Shown here piece after piece: positions 40,290 to 49,239 of a stretch of 64,000 bases of DNA. This DNA is from a virus. Taxonomy: Duplodnaviria; Caudoviricetes. The notes below the pieces were generated by a model. That model had not been told where the DNA came from. It saw only the letters and a program-made list of their open reading frames with translations, and did no database searches. The first letter of the stretch is position 1. Each line of letters starts with the position of its first letter. The translations under genes and the position numbers were made by a program. Where the stretch lies: the IMG/VR virus record IMGVR_UViG_2622736592_000004, positions 1 through 64,000 of that record; one strand, written 5' to 3'.

Positions 40290-40317
40290 CTCTGTGGCGG
40301 GTCAGGAATGCGCGTTC

Positions 40318-40599
40318 CTACTCGGCGGCCGGTGGGCGTCCGGGGCCGCGCGGCGGGCCGACGCGCTTGCGGTGGGCGGTGATCCGCCGTCGCACCTCGG
40401 ACACGCTCACCCCTGCCTGCTCGGCGGTCTGCTCTTCGCTGAAGGTGTCCCGGGCGGCTGCGATGGCGGCGTCCTGTTCGGCGGCGATGGCTGCCTTGAT
40501 CTCCGGCGCGAGGTCGCGTAGCGCCTGGTAGCGGGCGAGTGGGTCGGCGAGTTGGGCGGTGGTGGTGAGGCGCTCGCCGAGGTTGGGGAGGGTGTCCAT
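40318..40599 (-). CDS. Small HTH protein
   Basis: SEEQTAEQAGVSVSEVRRRI; TAGAAT 6 nt before ATG (leaderless). Confidence 0.75.
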   Translation of the reverse strand: MDTLPNLGERLTTTAQLADPLARYQALRDLAPEIKAAIAAEQDAAIAAARDTFSEEQTAEQAGVSVSEVRRRITAHRKRVGPPRGPGRPPAAE

Positions 40600-40604
40600 G
40601 GCGT

Positions 40605-40653
40605 AATTCTAGCCCACCCTGTTGCATTAAATTCTAGTGTGGGCTAGAATTTA
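40605..40653. promoter_or_regulatory. Nested inverted-repeat operator
   Basis: AATTCTAGCCCAC (40605-40617) / GTGGGCTAGAATT (40639-40651); TAAATTCTAG-N6-CTAGAATTTA (40628-40653). Confidence 0.75.
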
Positions 40654-40994
40654 GATGTAGGCAGGACCGAGCAGGGGAGACGGGCATGAAGACCACCATC
40701 CAGGCCACCAGCACCGACGCTGACGCCCAGGACATCCGCGACGCCCGCACCCTCGCCACCCAGCTCAAGGGCATGGAGCCGAACGGGATGGGCTACCGGC
40801 TCATCGTCCGCCGCTACGAGCGGGTGGTCGCCCGGCTCGGCTACGACCCGATCAGCTGACCGCCCCGGGGCCGGCCACCCGGCCGGCCCCACCCCTACCC
40901 TTAGGACAGCCCTCATCACCCCGCAGGGAACGCGTCACCGGCGAGCCTCGCCGGCCTCGGGCTGGAGATCGACCTCTCATCACCCCCGTGGGGG

Positions 40995-41621
40995 ATGCGC
41001 CACCATCTATCACTCCCGATGAAGGGGCACCCGATGTCACGCATGTACACCCTGTTCAGCGCGCTTGTCGGCGACGAGGCACCTCTCGGCGGCGTGGAAC
41101 TCGCCGAGGCCGGCGACAGCGGCCTGATCAGCCCGCCCGACCTGGCCCGACTGATGGACCTGCCGCAGGTACGAGAGTTCTTCACCGAGAACAACTACGG
41201 CCCCGACGCCCCGGAGGAGGTCATGTACCTCGTGGCCGGTGAGCTGGAGTCGGGACGGTTCCCGACCCTCACCATCACCCTGCCGGAGGCACCCGTGGCC
41301 ACCCTGCTCAACCTCACCCCACACCCCATCACCGTCTGCGGCACCGTTATCCCGCCGACGGGCATCATCCCGCGCCTACCCGAGCGGACTTCCCAGGTCG
41401 ACACCGTCACCTTCGAAGGCGTCGACATCCCCATCGTCGAAACCACGTTCGGGGAGAGCGCCGAGCTGCCCGACCCCACGCCCGGCACCTACCTGGTGGT
41501 GCCCGCCCGCATCGCCCTCGCCTACCCGCACCGGACCGACCTGCTCATGCCCGGTGCCGCCGAGCGCGACGGCGACGGCCGGATCGTCGGCGTCAACGCC
41601 CTCGCCCGCGTCCCCCGCTGA
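40995..41621 (+). CDS. Phage protein with an NLTPH.I domain
   Basis: LLNLTPHPITV...LPDP..GTYLVV...RTDLL.P...RD..GRIVG. Confidence 0.65.
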   Translation: MRHHLSLPMKGHPMSRMYTLFSALVGDEAPLGGVELAEAGDSGLISPPDLARLMDLPQVREFFTENNYGPDAPEEVMYLVAGELESGRFPTLTITLPEAPVATLLNLTPHPITVCGTVIPPTGIIPRLPERTSQVDTVTFEGVDIPIVETTFGESAELPDPTPGTYLVVPARIALAYPHRTDLLMPGAAERDGDGRIVGVNALARVPR

Positions 41622-41644
41622 CCGGCCATTCGCGAGGAGACGAC

Positions 41645-42163
41645 ATGAGCAGGCATCTTGAGCTACTCGCCGCATGCCTTCACGACATGCGCGCCCAGGT
41701 GGGTCCGGAAGAACCCGCCACCGACCTGCTAACCCGCAAGGAGACGCGGGCCGCCGAGTACGCCGCCAAGACATTGCAGGAGCTGGGCGTCCAGGCGCGG
41801 GTCGCCAAAGCGAACTGGCTCTCCATGCGCGCCGCCCGCTGGATCGACACCGCCCTGCTGGAGGAGATGCGAAGCGTCCACAAGGAGACGTCCGAGAAGT
41901 GGAAGGAGGCGCACGAGGCGTACCGCCTGGTGGAAGAGTTGAAGGATCTGTTCTGGACCTACCGCAACCAGCGGTACCGGGGCTGGGAAACCCGCAGGTC
42001 GGAGCTGGCCGACAAGCTGCGCGACGCGCTGGCCGCCAACTCTGACCTGCGGGATGAGCACTACCTGGCGGTGCCCAGGGTGCCACAGCTGCAAGGCCCG
42101 TCAGGTGGGGTGGTCAGGGGCGACTGCCAGTACTGCGGGCCCACCCGCATCTGCGACTGCTGA
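41645..42163 (+). CDS. Hypothetical helical protein
   Basis: GAGGAG RBS; C-terminal CQYC..CDC. Confidence 0.65.
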   Translation: MSRHLELLAACLHDMRAQVGPEEPATDLLTRKETRAAEYAAKTLQELGVQARVAKANWLSMRAARWIDTALLEEMRSVHKETSEKWKEAHEAYRLVEELKDLFWTYRNQRYRGWETRRSELADKLRDALAANSDLRDEHYLAVPRVPQLQGPSGGVVRGDCQYCGPTRICDC

Positions 42164-42182
42164 CGCCCCACCCCTGGCGCAG

Positions 42183-42217
42183 AGCGGCCCCGCCCCCACG
42201 AGGGGAGCGGGGCCGCT
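42183..42217. terminator. Hairpin terminator nearly identical to 37081-37120
   Basis: AGCGGCCCCGC...GCGGGGCCGCT. Confidence 0.75.
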
Positions 42218-42244
42218 TGCTGTGCGGGGATCGATCACCAAGCC

Positions 42245-42285
42245 GTGTAGACACATCTACACATCACGTGTAGACTCATCTACAT
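42245..42285 (+). promoter_or_regulatory. Tandem 18-bp palindromic operators overlapping a leaderless start
   Basis: GTGTAGAC(A/T)CATCTACA at 42245-42262 and 42268-42285; TAGACT -10 box. Confidence 0.75.
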
Positions 42286-42628
42286 GAGCGAGCGGCAGAT
42301 CACCCGGGACATCGCCCGATACAGCGACACCGACGAGCCGATGCACCGGTGGGCGCTCACCATCGACGGCGACACCGTCTCCGAGCTGTGGGTCGACACC
42401 ACCACCGGCGAGATCATGCAGGTCGAAACCCCCACCGAGCACCAGGGCAACGGCTACGCCACCGCCCTCTACCGGAAGGCCGCCGCCGAAATCACCATCT
42501 ACCACGCCCCCGAATCCCACCGCACCCCCGAGGGTGACCGCTTCGCCCGCTCCGTCGGCGGCGAGGCGCTGCCCTGCCAGCACGGCTGCTGCGACAACGA
42601 CAACGACTTCGACGACGAGGAGTTCTGA
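42284..42628 (+). CDS. GNAT-like acetyltransferase
   Basis: IMQVETPTEHQGNGYATALY (acetyl-CoA motif A). Confidence 0.65.
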   Translation: MSERQITRDIARYSDTDEPMHRWALTIDGDTVSELWVDTTTGEIMQVETPTEHQGNGYATALYRKAAAEITIYHAPESHRTPEGDRFARSVGGEALPCQHGCCDNDNDFDDEEF

Positions 42629-42987
42629 TGGCCACCGACGACCTGATGGCGTGGGCCGGCCCGGCCTGGGCCGAACTGACCGACGAGCAGCGCGACCAGC
42701 TCGCAGACGCCGCCGCCGACATCACCCAGCGGTACCCCGACCCCGACGACCAGGACGACCGCGACGCCGCCCTGTCGGCCACCGTGCAGTACCTGCTTGG
42801 CGAGACCACCGCCGACGACACCGCCCGCGCCCTGCTCGCCGCCCGACAGGCCGCCCGTGCCGCCTACGTGGCCGCCGTCCAGCACGCCGTCATGCTCCAC
42901 CGGGTCGGCGGCAGCCAGAAGAAGACCGCTGCCCTGGCCTGCGGCATCGACCGGATGACCCTCCTCAAAGCCCTAGGCGAGCGGTGA
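42628..42987 (+). CDS. HTH protein coupled to the GNAT gene
   Basis: SQKKTAALACGIDRMTLLKALG; TGATG overlap. Confidence 0.7.
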   Translation: MATDDLMAWAGPAWAELTDEQRDQLADAAADITQRYPDPDDQDDRDAALSATVQYLLGETTADDTARALLAARQAARAAYVAAVQHAVMLHRVGGSQKKTAALACGIDRMTLLKALGER

Positions 42988-43760
42988 GCCAGAACGAGTG
43001 GCTGCGCCGCCTACGCCGCGCCGGAACGGCAGTCACCGCAGCCAGCGCGGCCAGCGACGAAGCGTTCGCGCACCTCGATGCCACGGTCCGCGCCGCACGC
43101 CAGGCAGGGCGCACCGTGGCGCACCTAGTGACCGTGACGGGCCTAAGCAAAGCCCGAATCGACGAGGCCATCGCGGCCAGCGACCCCGAGGACGACCTGC
43201 CAAGCAGCGACACCGCCCTGCGGATCGCCGCATACACCGCCGCCGCCGCAGACGCCAACTACCTTGCCTGCCGTGGCCGCCGAGACGCGCTCATGCTCCA
43301 AGCCGGCATGGAAGGGCTGACGTACTCGGCGATCGCCGCTGCGGCGGGCACCTCCCGCCGGTACGAGTGGCAGCTACGCACCGGACGCCTCGACATTGAC
43401 AGGCGGTCGCCACGGCAAGACGTGTTCGAAGGGGCCGGCATGGAGGCATACCGGGCCACCGAGAACGCGCGGCTGCGATCCCGCCGGCAAGCGGTAGAAG
43501 CCGGGCTGCCGGTGCAGATCACGCACGGACTGTACGGCTACCGCCACGGATGCCGGTGCGACGTGTGCGCGGAGGCGCGGCGCGGCGTCCAGACGGGCGA
43601 CGTGGCCGTCAGCCACGGGCTCGACGGCTACCGCCACGGCTGCCGATGTGAGGTGTGCACGGCCAAGAACGCCAGCTACCACCGTGACTGGCGTCGCCGC
43701 CGGTCAAGCACAGTGCGGGTACTCCCTCCGCAGAGAGGGGAACCGCGATGGGAGGGGTAG
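42984..43760 (+). CDS. Double-HTH protein with two HG..GYRHGCRC..C repeats
   Basis: GRTVAHLVTVTGLSKARI and GLTYSAIAAAAGTSR; HGLYGYRHGCRCDVC and HGLDGYRHGCRCEVC. Confidence 0.65.
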   Translation: MSQNEWLRRLRRAGTAVTAASAASDEAFAHLDATVRAARQAGRTVAHLVTVTGLSKARIDEAIAASDPEDDLPSSDTALRIAAYTAAAADANYLACRGRRDALMLQAGMEGLTYSAIAAAAGTSRRYEWQLRTGRLDIDRRSPRQDVFEGAGMEAYRATENARLRSRRQAVEAGLPVQITHGLYGYRHGCRCDVCAEARRGVQTGDVAVSHGLDGYRHGCRCEVCTAKNASYHRDWRRRRSSTVRVLPPQRGEPRWEG

Positions 43761-44197
43761 CCACCCTGGAACATGGGCAGCAGGAGTACGCGTGGCTGCT
43801 CGACGCGATCCGGGCGGACCCGTGGCTGGTGGGGCGCATGTGGGTGGACGCCGAATCCACCCCTGACGAGCTGGACCAGCCCGGCACGGTGTGGTGCGTG
43901 GCGCTGGTCGACGACGTCCCGGCGGCGTGGTGCGCGGCCACCCCCGACGCGGGCGTGCTCCGGGCGCACTCCAACTACGAGCACCCCCGCCACCGGGGGC
44001 GCGGCCTGTACGCGGCGGCGTACGCGCAGCGGCACCGCGACGTGATCCGGGCGTCGGCGCTGCCGGCGGCGACACACCTGTTCGCCCAGCCCATCGCCCT
44101 GCACGAGGCCGACGGCTGGCACTGCACTGGTGCGGAGGGGGCGGGCGAGGTGGACGGCAACTGGTGGTGGGAGCTGCGCCGCGACCCCACGGATTGA
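43748..44197 (+). CDS. GNAT-family acetyltransferase
   Basis: YEHPRHRGRGLY...LHEADGW. Confidence 0.7.
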   Translation: MGGVATLEHGQQEYAWLLDAIRADPWLVGRMWVDAESTPDELDQPGTVWCVALVDDVPAAWCAATPDAGVLRAHSNYEHPRHRGRGLYAAAYAQRHRDVIRASALPAATHLFAQPIALHEADGWHCTGAEGAGEVDGNWWWELRRDPTD

Positions 44198-45198
44198 CGG
44201 TTGGGAACACGCTTTCCCGCGCCCGCCGACAAGAGCACCGCCCGGGGCCGCTGTCGTCTCCCGGACAGCCCCACACCGCGCCGGCCGCTACCGTGCCGGC
44301 GGTGCAAACCCTCACCCTCAAAGCCGGCAGCCTCGGCAACACCTGGCACGCCGCCCACATACTCCTGTCGGCCATCACCTGCGGATGGTGGCTGCCCATC
44401 TACGGCATCCACGCACTCATCTCCGTCGCCACCCGCCCCACCGTCCAGGTCAACGTGCCCGACGGGCATCGGGTCGAATACCGCAACGGCTGGCCCAACG
44501 TCCTCGGCCCCGATGAGTACCTGGAACCCCGCACCGGCCGGGAGAAGCTGCTCCGCGTCGCCGGCTACGCCTCGCCCGCGCTCATCCTGGCGGCGATCCT
44601 CGTGGGCATGAACATTCGGGGTTGACCCGACGCCACCTGCGGGTACCCCGTCGGTGTGGATCGTGAGCATTGGCGGGCGCTCGCGGCACGGCACAGCCGA
44701 TGCGACGTCGAGCCCCGCCGCTGCCGCGACTGCCACGCCCTGTACCCGTGCTTCTACCGCCTGCGCGCAGACAGGGAACTCACGCCGCCCGACGGCTAGC
44801 CTGCTCCCGCTGTACCGGGACACGGCCGTCACCGGACCGCTCCCACACGTCGGCCAGCATTAGCAGCGCCCGACGCCGCTCATCCCGGGCCGCCTCAACC
44901 TCGGCGTGGGTGCGCCTGCGGCACGCCTCCACCGCCGCCCGCAACCAATCCCACATGCCAATCCCCCGATCTTTGTCCCACAACAAGCATCCACCGTCGA
45001 TGCCACGGGCACCGCATTCCACCTGGGCGAATCCCGGCGACGATCGACGCCCGCCACCATCCGATCAACGCAAGAAAGGGGGCCGCCCCACCCCGTCTGT
45101 GGCCCGCGTGGCGGCAGGGCGTGACAGACAGTGGGGTGGGGCGGCCCTGGGCGGCACCGGCGCTGGGGAGCTAGACCGGGGCCCGTCTCGGCGCAGGA

Positions 45199-45582
45199 TC
45201 AGGCGACCCGCTCGGTTGCGGTGCCGTCGATCACCCGATCGCGCACCACACCACCGGAGATCGCCGCCTGCTGCGCCCGCGTGTCCTTCAGCAGGCCGAC
45301 GTAGAAGACGACCGCGAGGCCGAAGTTCACCAGCACCGCGTACGCCGCATCCGCGAAGTTGAAGCCGACGCTCGCCTCGACGGCGACCAGCCACGCCTCC
45401 AGGAACGTCTTCACAGCGGCGACCGCGAGCAGCACCAGCCCCTTACGGAACGCCGACCACGACGTGCGCATGAACAGGGCCGCCACCAGGGGCAGCAGGA
45501 ACGTGAGCGCCAGCGACAGCACGCCCGCCAGGGTGGGGGCGAACAGGTAGGTGGGCAGCTCGGGAAGGATGACAGAATCCAT
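45199..45582 (-). CDS. Holin-like membrane protein
   Basis: Three TM segments; last gene of the lysis cluster. Confidence 0.7.
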   Translation of the reverse strand: MDSVILPELPTYLFAPTLAGVLSLALTFLLPLVAALFMRTSWSAFRKGLVLLAVAAVKTFLEAWLVAVEASVGFNFADAAYAVLVNFGLAVVFYVGLLKDTRAQQAAISGGVVRDRVIDGTATERVA

Positions 45583-45675
45583 GGCCCCTCCTTGGGGTGA
45601 GTCAGTTGGAGAAGTCGGCTCGCCCGTTTACGTCGAGCCGTAATTGTTGAAGTCGGGGCCGGATACGGTGGCGTC

Positions 45676-45933
45676 ATGCCAGGTCAGCCGCAGGTACGCG
45701 AGTCCGCGTGGCTGCATGCGCCCGGCGACCCGTACGTACCACTCGCCCACGTCCGACTTGAGGAACGCATGGACGGCAGCGGCGCGTGGGACATCTACGT
45801 GTCCGACCCGGCGTCAGCACCAAGCCAGCACGCCCGCTGGCCCGACGAGGACGGGGCGCGGAGCGAACTGGAACGGCTCTACGCGGCCGGCTCGGTGGAC
45901 GGCAACTGGCGGATCACACGGTCCGACCGTTGA
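45676..45933 (+). CDS. Hypothetical protein antisense within the lysis cluster
   Basis: TACGGT 6 nt before ATG (leaderless). Confidence 0.55.
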   Translation: MPGQPQVRESAWLHAPGDPYVPLAHVRLEERMDGSGAWDIYVSDPASAPSQHARWPDEDGARSELERLYAAGSVDGNWRITRSDR

Positions 45934-46366
45934 CCGCAGGCGGCGACGGACGCCCCACCAGCCGCCGTAACGCCGGAATATCCGGCTCCGGCCGCCACAC
46001 CTCCGCCTGCACCGACGTCAACGTGTCCGTGAACCGGCCGACCACCTTAGTCATCCGCTCCAGGCGGCCTTCCAGTTCGGTGATCTGCGCCCGCAGCCGG
46101 GCCACATCTGCGTCAGCCTCATCGCGAATCCGCTCGGCCCGATCCTCCGACTCTCGCGCTTCCTTTCGGGCGGCCTGCTCGCTGGCCTGCAACTGGTTCG
46201 CCCACTGCAACATGGCGTCGCGTCGGGACGCCCTGCCGGCGACCCGGTTGGTGATGGCGCTGACGACGATCGCCGCAGCAGCCGAGATCAAACCGACGAT
46301 GACCGTGGTCGCATCCAACCCCGACGAAGCAGCCGAAACGATCATTCCGAGGGTGGTGGGGTCCAT
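45914..46366 (-). CDS. Membrane protein with coiled coil (lysis cluster)
   Basis: TM TVIVGLISAAAAIVVSAI followed by a heptad-rich helix. Confidence 0.7.
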   Translation of the reverse strand: MDPTTLGMIVSAASSGLDATTVIVGLISAAAAIVVSAITNRVAGRASRRDAMLQWANQLQASEQAARKEARESEDRAERIRDEADADVARLRAQITELEGRLERMTKVVGRFTDTLTSVQAEVWRPEPDIPALRRLVGRPSPPAVNGRTV

Positions 46367-46776
46367 GCTGGTTGTCCTTTGCTGGTGACCGGCTCTGGCC
46401 AGCCCGCGATCAACCACACACACATCGCGAACGAACCCCACACCACCGCCGACACCCAGCCATCCGGCACATCGCCGAGGACCCAGCCCGACAGGTACAG
46501 GGAAAACCAGAGAACCTTGATGCCGATGGCGGCGGTGAACGCCACCCTGTCGCAGTTCCGCACCGACCCCAGGGCGCAGACGACAGCGATGGCGATCCAT
46601 AACACAGCCCACGGCCACAACGGGAGGATCCCGTGCAGCCAGGCGTAGAACGGCTGGGCGTCAGGGCTGGCAGAGGCGAGGCGCAGCCCGTACGCGACGT
46701 CGAGGGCGGCGAACACCAACAGGGCGGTGCCTCGCCGGCCGACCTTGTGGTGAAGCCGTGCGACCGCCCTACCCAT
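46342..46776 (-). CDS. Four-TM membrane protein (lysis cluster)
   Basis: Hydrophobic helices; coupled to the endolysin gene. Confidence 0.7.
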   Translation of the reverse strand: MGRAVARLHHKVGRRGTALLVFAALDVAYGLRLASASPDAQPFYAWLHGILPLWPWAVLWIAIAVVCALGSVRNCDRVAFTAAIGIKVLWFSLYLSGWVLGDVPDGWVSAVVWGSFAMCVWLIAGWPEPVTSKGQPAWTPPPSE

Positions 46777-47720
46777 CAGGACGGGGTGTTGTCGTCGACC
46801 CGGCCGGTGAAGGTGAACGTGGCCGGCAGCACGAGCTGCCCGGACGGACCCTGCGGGCCAGGGTCACCCTTCGGCCCCTGCGGACCCGCCGGCCCCTGAG
46901 GCCCCTGCGGGCCGGCAGGACCCGGCTGACCGGCACCGCCGTACCGCTTCGCCATACACATCTGCAACTGCACGTGACCCCACGGGTCGTACTTGTCGCC
47001 GGACGTCGCGGAACTGCCGACGCTCTTACGCATCCGCAGCACCGCAGCCGACGTGCCCTTCCCGTACTTGCCGTCCTCAGCCCCGGCCTCGAAGCCGAGG
47101 TAGTTGAGGGCGACCTGGAGGGCCTTCACGTGCTGGCCCTCATCGCCGATCTCGCAGAGCATCAGCATCCCTCCTGCTGTCGAAGTTGTGAGCCCGATGT
47201 ACGCCAGGTAGCGGCGAAACACGGGGGTCAGATCAGTGCCAGCCTTCGTGACATCCCGGAATACGCTGGCGTGCGTGTGGGACAGGTGCGACGTGTCGCC
47301 GCTCGACCGCCGCTTGAGCCGATCCCACCGCTTGACCGTCGAGCCGTCGGGGCTGTAGATGACCTCGCGGATCCACAAGGTGTCCGGTGCGCCCGCCTCA
47401 CACTCACCGACCAGCCACACGCTGAACGTGCGCAGGTTGTGCGTCTTGCCGTTGATGGTGACGCTGAACCAGCCGACATCCAGGGCCGACGCGTAGTCGC
47501 TCAGGCCCGTCTTGTCCCGCGACGACTCGACCACCGAGTAGTCGTTGGTCACCACCCGGTCAGAGCCGCAGTGGTATCCGCCCCGGTGTGCGTCGTCGGC
47601 GACGATGCCGACCTCGTTGGGTTCGAGGTCCGCCGACCGGGCTGTGCCTGGGTCCATGTCCAGATGCGTGAGGAGCAGGGAGCGGACCTGCATCAGGTTG
47701 GCTGGTGCGCGGGTCACCAC
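46776..47720 (-). CDS. Endolysin: putative Zn-peptidase, peptidoglycan-binding domain and collagen-like tail
   Basis: GYH...SALD...HTH; GDEGQHVKALQVALNYLG..DGKYGKGT (PG_binding_1-like); about 10 Gly-X-Y triplets. Confidence 0.75.
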   Translation of the reverse strand: MVTRAPANLMQVRSLLLTHLDMDPGTARSADLEPNEVGIVADDAHRGGYHCGSDRVVTNDYSVVESSRDKTGLSDYASALDVGWFSVTINGKTHNLRTFSVWLVGECEAGAPDTLWIREVIYSPDGSTVKRWDRLKRRSSGDTSHLSHTHASVFRDVTKAGTDLTPVFRRYLAYIGLTTSTAGGMLMLCEIGDEGQHVKALQVALNYLGFEAGAEDGKYGKGTSAAVLRMRKSVGSSATSGDKYDPWGHVQLQMCMAKRYGGAGQPGPAGPQGPQGPAGPQGPKGDPGPQGPSGQLVLPATFTFTGRVDDNTPS

Positions 47721-47742
47721 ATCACCTCCGAGATGTTGCCGG

Positions 47743-49215
47743 TCACGCGGTCATGTCCCACGTGATGGAGTCCAGCCACACCGACTGGCCCGACGTAAGG
47801 CTGTTGCCGAGGGTGATCTCACCGTTCGTGGCGATCTGGAGTTGCGTGCCGCCGCCCGTGTACCGGGCGATCGTCGTCACCGCCGCGAGCGGCCGATGCG
47901 CGGTCGTCGGGATGACCGCGACCACCGCCCCCGACGACACCGCCCCAGTCGCGGTCAAGGTGCCCCGCAACCTTCCGTTGTCGCCTCCTCGATCCAGCCG
48001 GGACGCCGCCGCCTTCGTGCCCAGCGCCATGTTGGTGCCCGCCGTCAGGTTCACGAACGACGTGGGGGCAGCGGACCCTCCCGCCGAACCGGTCGTCCAC
48101 GTGCCCGGGGTTCCGCCAGCCGTGCACAGGTAGACGGCACCCGCAGAGTCGAGCACCACGTCACCGGTCGTCCACGTGCCCGACGTCGGTGCCCCCGTCG
48201 TGGCGCGCTGCCCCCGCCAGTTGATCGCGGTCAAGCTGTTGTAGGAGCCGCCCGCGCGGACACCGAGCAGGCCGGCGAGGACACGGGTGGCCACAATCCA
48301 GCCGGGCTGGGTGGAGTGGGCGGTGCCGTACGCCCCCAGTAACGGTTCGCGGTTCGCGGTGACGCTCGGGTTGGTGCTGAGCTCGAAGAACCGGCCGGTC
48401 GACGGCCCGCCCTGGTTCTCGTAGAACTCGAAGAACCTGCCGCCGATCCGGTTGTTGGTCGACGGGGCCCCGCGCACCTCGCCGTTGCCGTTCGCCCAGA
48501 ACGTCTTGACCGCAGCCCCACCCGAGGTGGTCGAGAAGAATTGCAGGGTGTCCGGGTTGTTGTCGCCCGACGAATACGCCATCTGCATCCGCAGCCACGG
48601 GTTACCGGACTGGCCCTGCGTCGGATCCGGTGCCGTCGCCGCCTGCCCCACATATGCGCCACCCACCTTTGGTGGGTTGAGCAGCAGCGCGCCGGCCACC
48701 TGCGACGGCGACAGCAGCGTGAACTGGCCGCCCGACCATCCGATCACCGTGCCATCCACGCGGGCACCCAGAGCACCAGCAGACACATCGGAAAGGTTGG
48801 CCAGGCCAGTGGAGTGCGGGTTGAGGGACGCCGCATGCGCCGCCAGAGCAGCCGCGTTGTCGGCGGCCTGCTGCCCGACCTGCTGCAACCGGGAACCCAG
48901 GACGCCGACCAGCCGCACCCGAGGGCCACCACCTGCGGACGCCCACAGGTCAGTCACCTCATCGGGTGCCTGAAACGGCGGGATCTGACCCAGACCGCGC
49001 GTGCCAGTTCCGTCAGCAGACGTGACCATGGTGACCGGGTTACCGGCCTCATCCAGCAGGTCGGTGTACGCGACACCGCCCGTCTCCGCAGACCACACCG
49101 TGACCTGCTGCCCGCCCACCACCACCGACTGCGCGCCGGTGACCGTACCGACCGTCACCTCGTCGCCCACGGTGATCGTGTAGTCGGCGGCCCCACCGCC
49201 AAACCAGTACCGCAC
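47743..49215 (-). CDS. Tail fibre / receptor-binding protein
   Basis: G/S/T-rich; last tail gene before the lysis genes; GAPTSGTW..GD motif. Confidence 0.7.
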   Translation of the reverse strand: MRYWFGGGAADYTITVGDEVTVGTVTGAQSVVVGGQQVTVWSAETGGVAYTDLLDEAGNPVTMVTSADGTGTRGLGQIPPFQAPDEVTDLWASAGGGPRVRLVGVLGSRLQQVGQQAADNAAALAAHAASLNPHSTGLANLSDVSAGALGARVDGTVIGWSGGQFTLLSPSQVAGALLLNPPKVGGAYVGQAATAPDPTQGQSGNPWLRMQMAYSSGDNNPDTLQFFSTTSGGAAVKTFWANGNGEVRGAPSTNNRIGGRFFEFYENQGGPSTGRFFELSTNPSVTANREPLLGAYGTAHSTQPGWIVATRVLAGLLGVRAGGSYNSLTAINWRGQRATTGAPTSGTWTTGDVVLDSAGAVYLCTAGGTPGTWTTGSAGGSAAPTSFVNLTAGTNMALGTKAAASRLDRGGDNGRLRGTLTATGAVSSGAVVAVIPTTAHRPLAAVTTIARYTGGGTQLQIATNGEITLGNSLTSGQSVWLDSITWDMTA

Positions 49216-49239
49216 TATGACTCCTCAGGGGTGGGGTGA

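Noticed and set aside
40860-41030. Structured ncRNA in the hairpin-rich spacer (also 16650-16960 and 39690-39910)
   Set aside because: Only GC-rich hairpins compatible with terminators; no covariation evidence available
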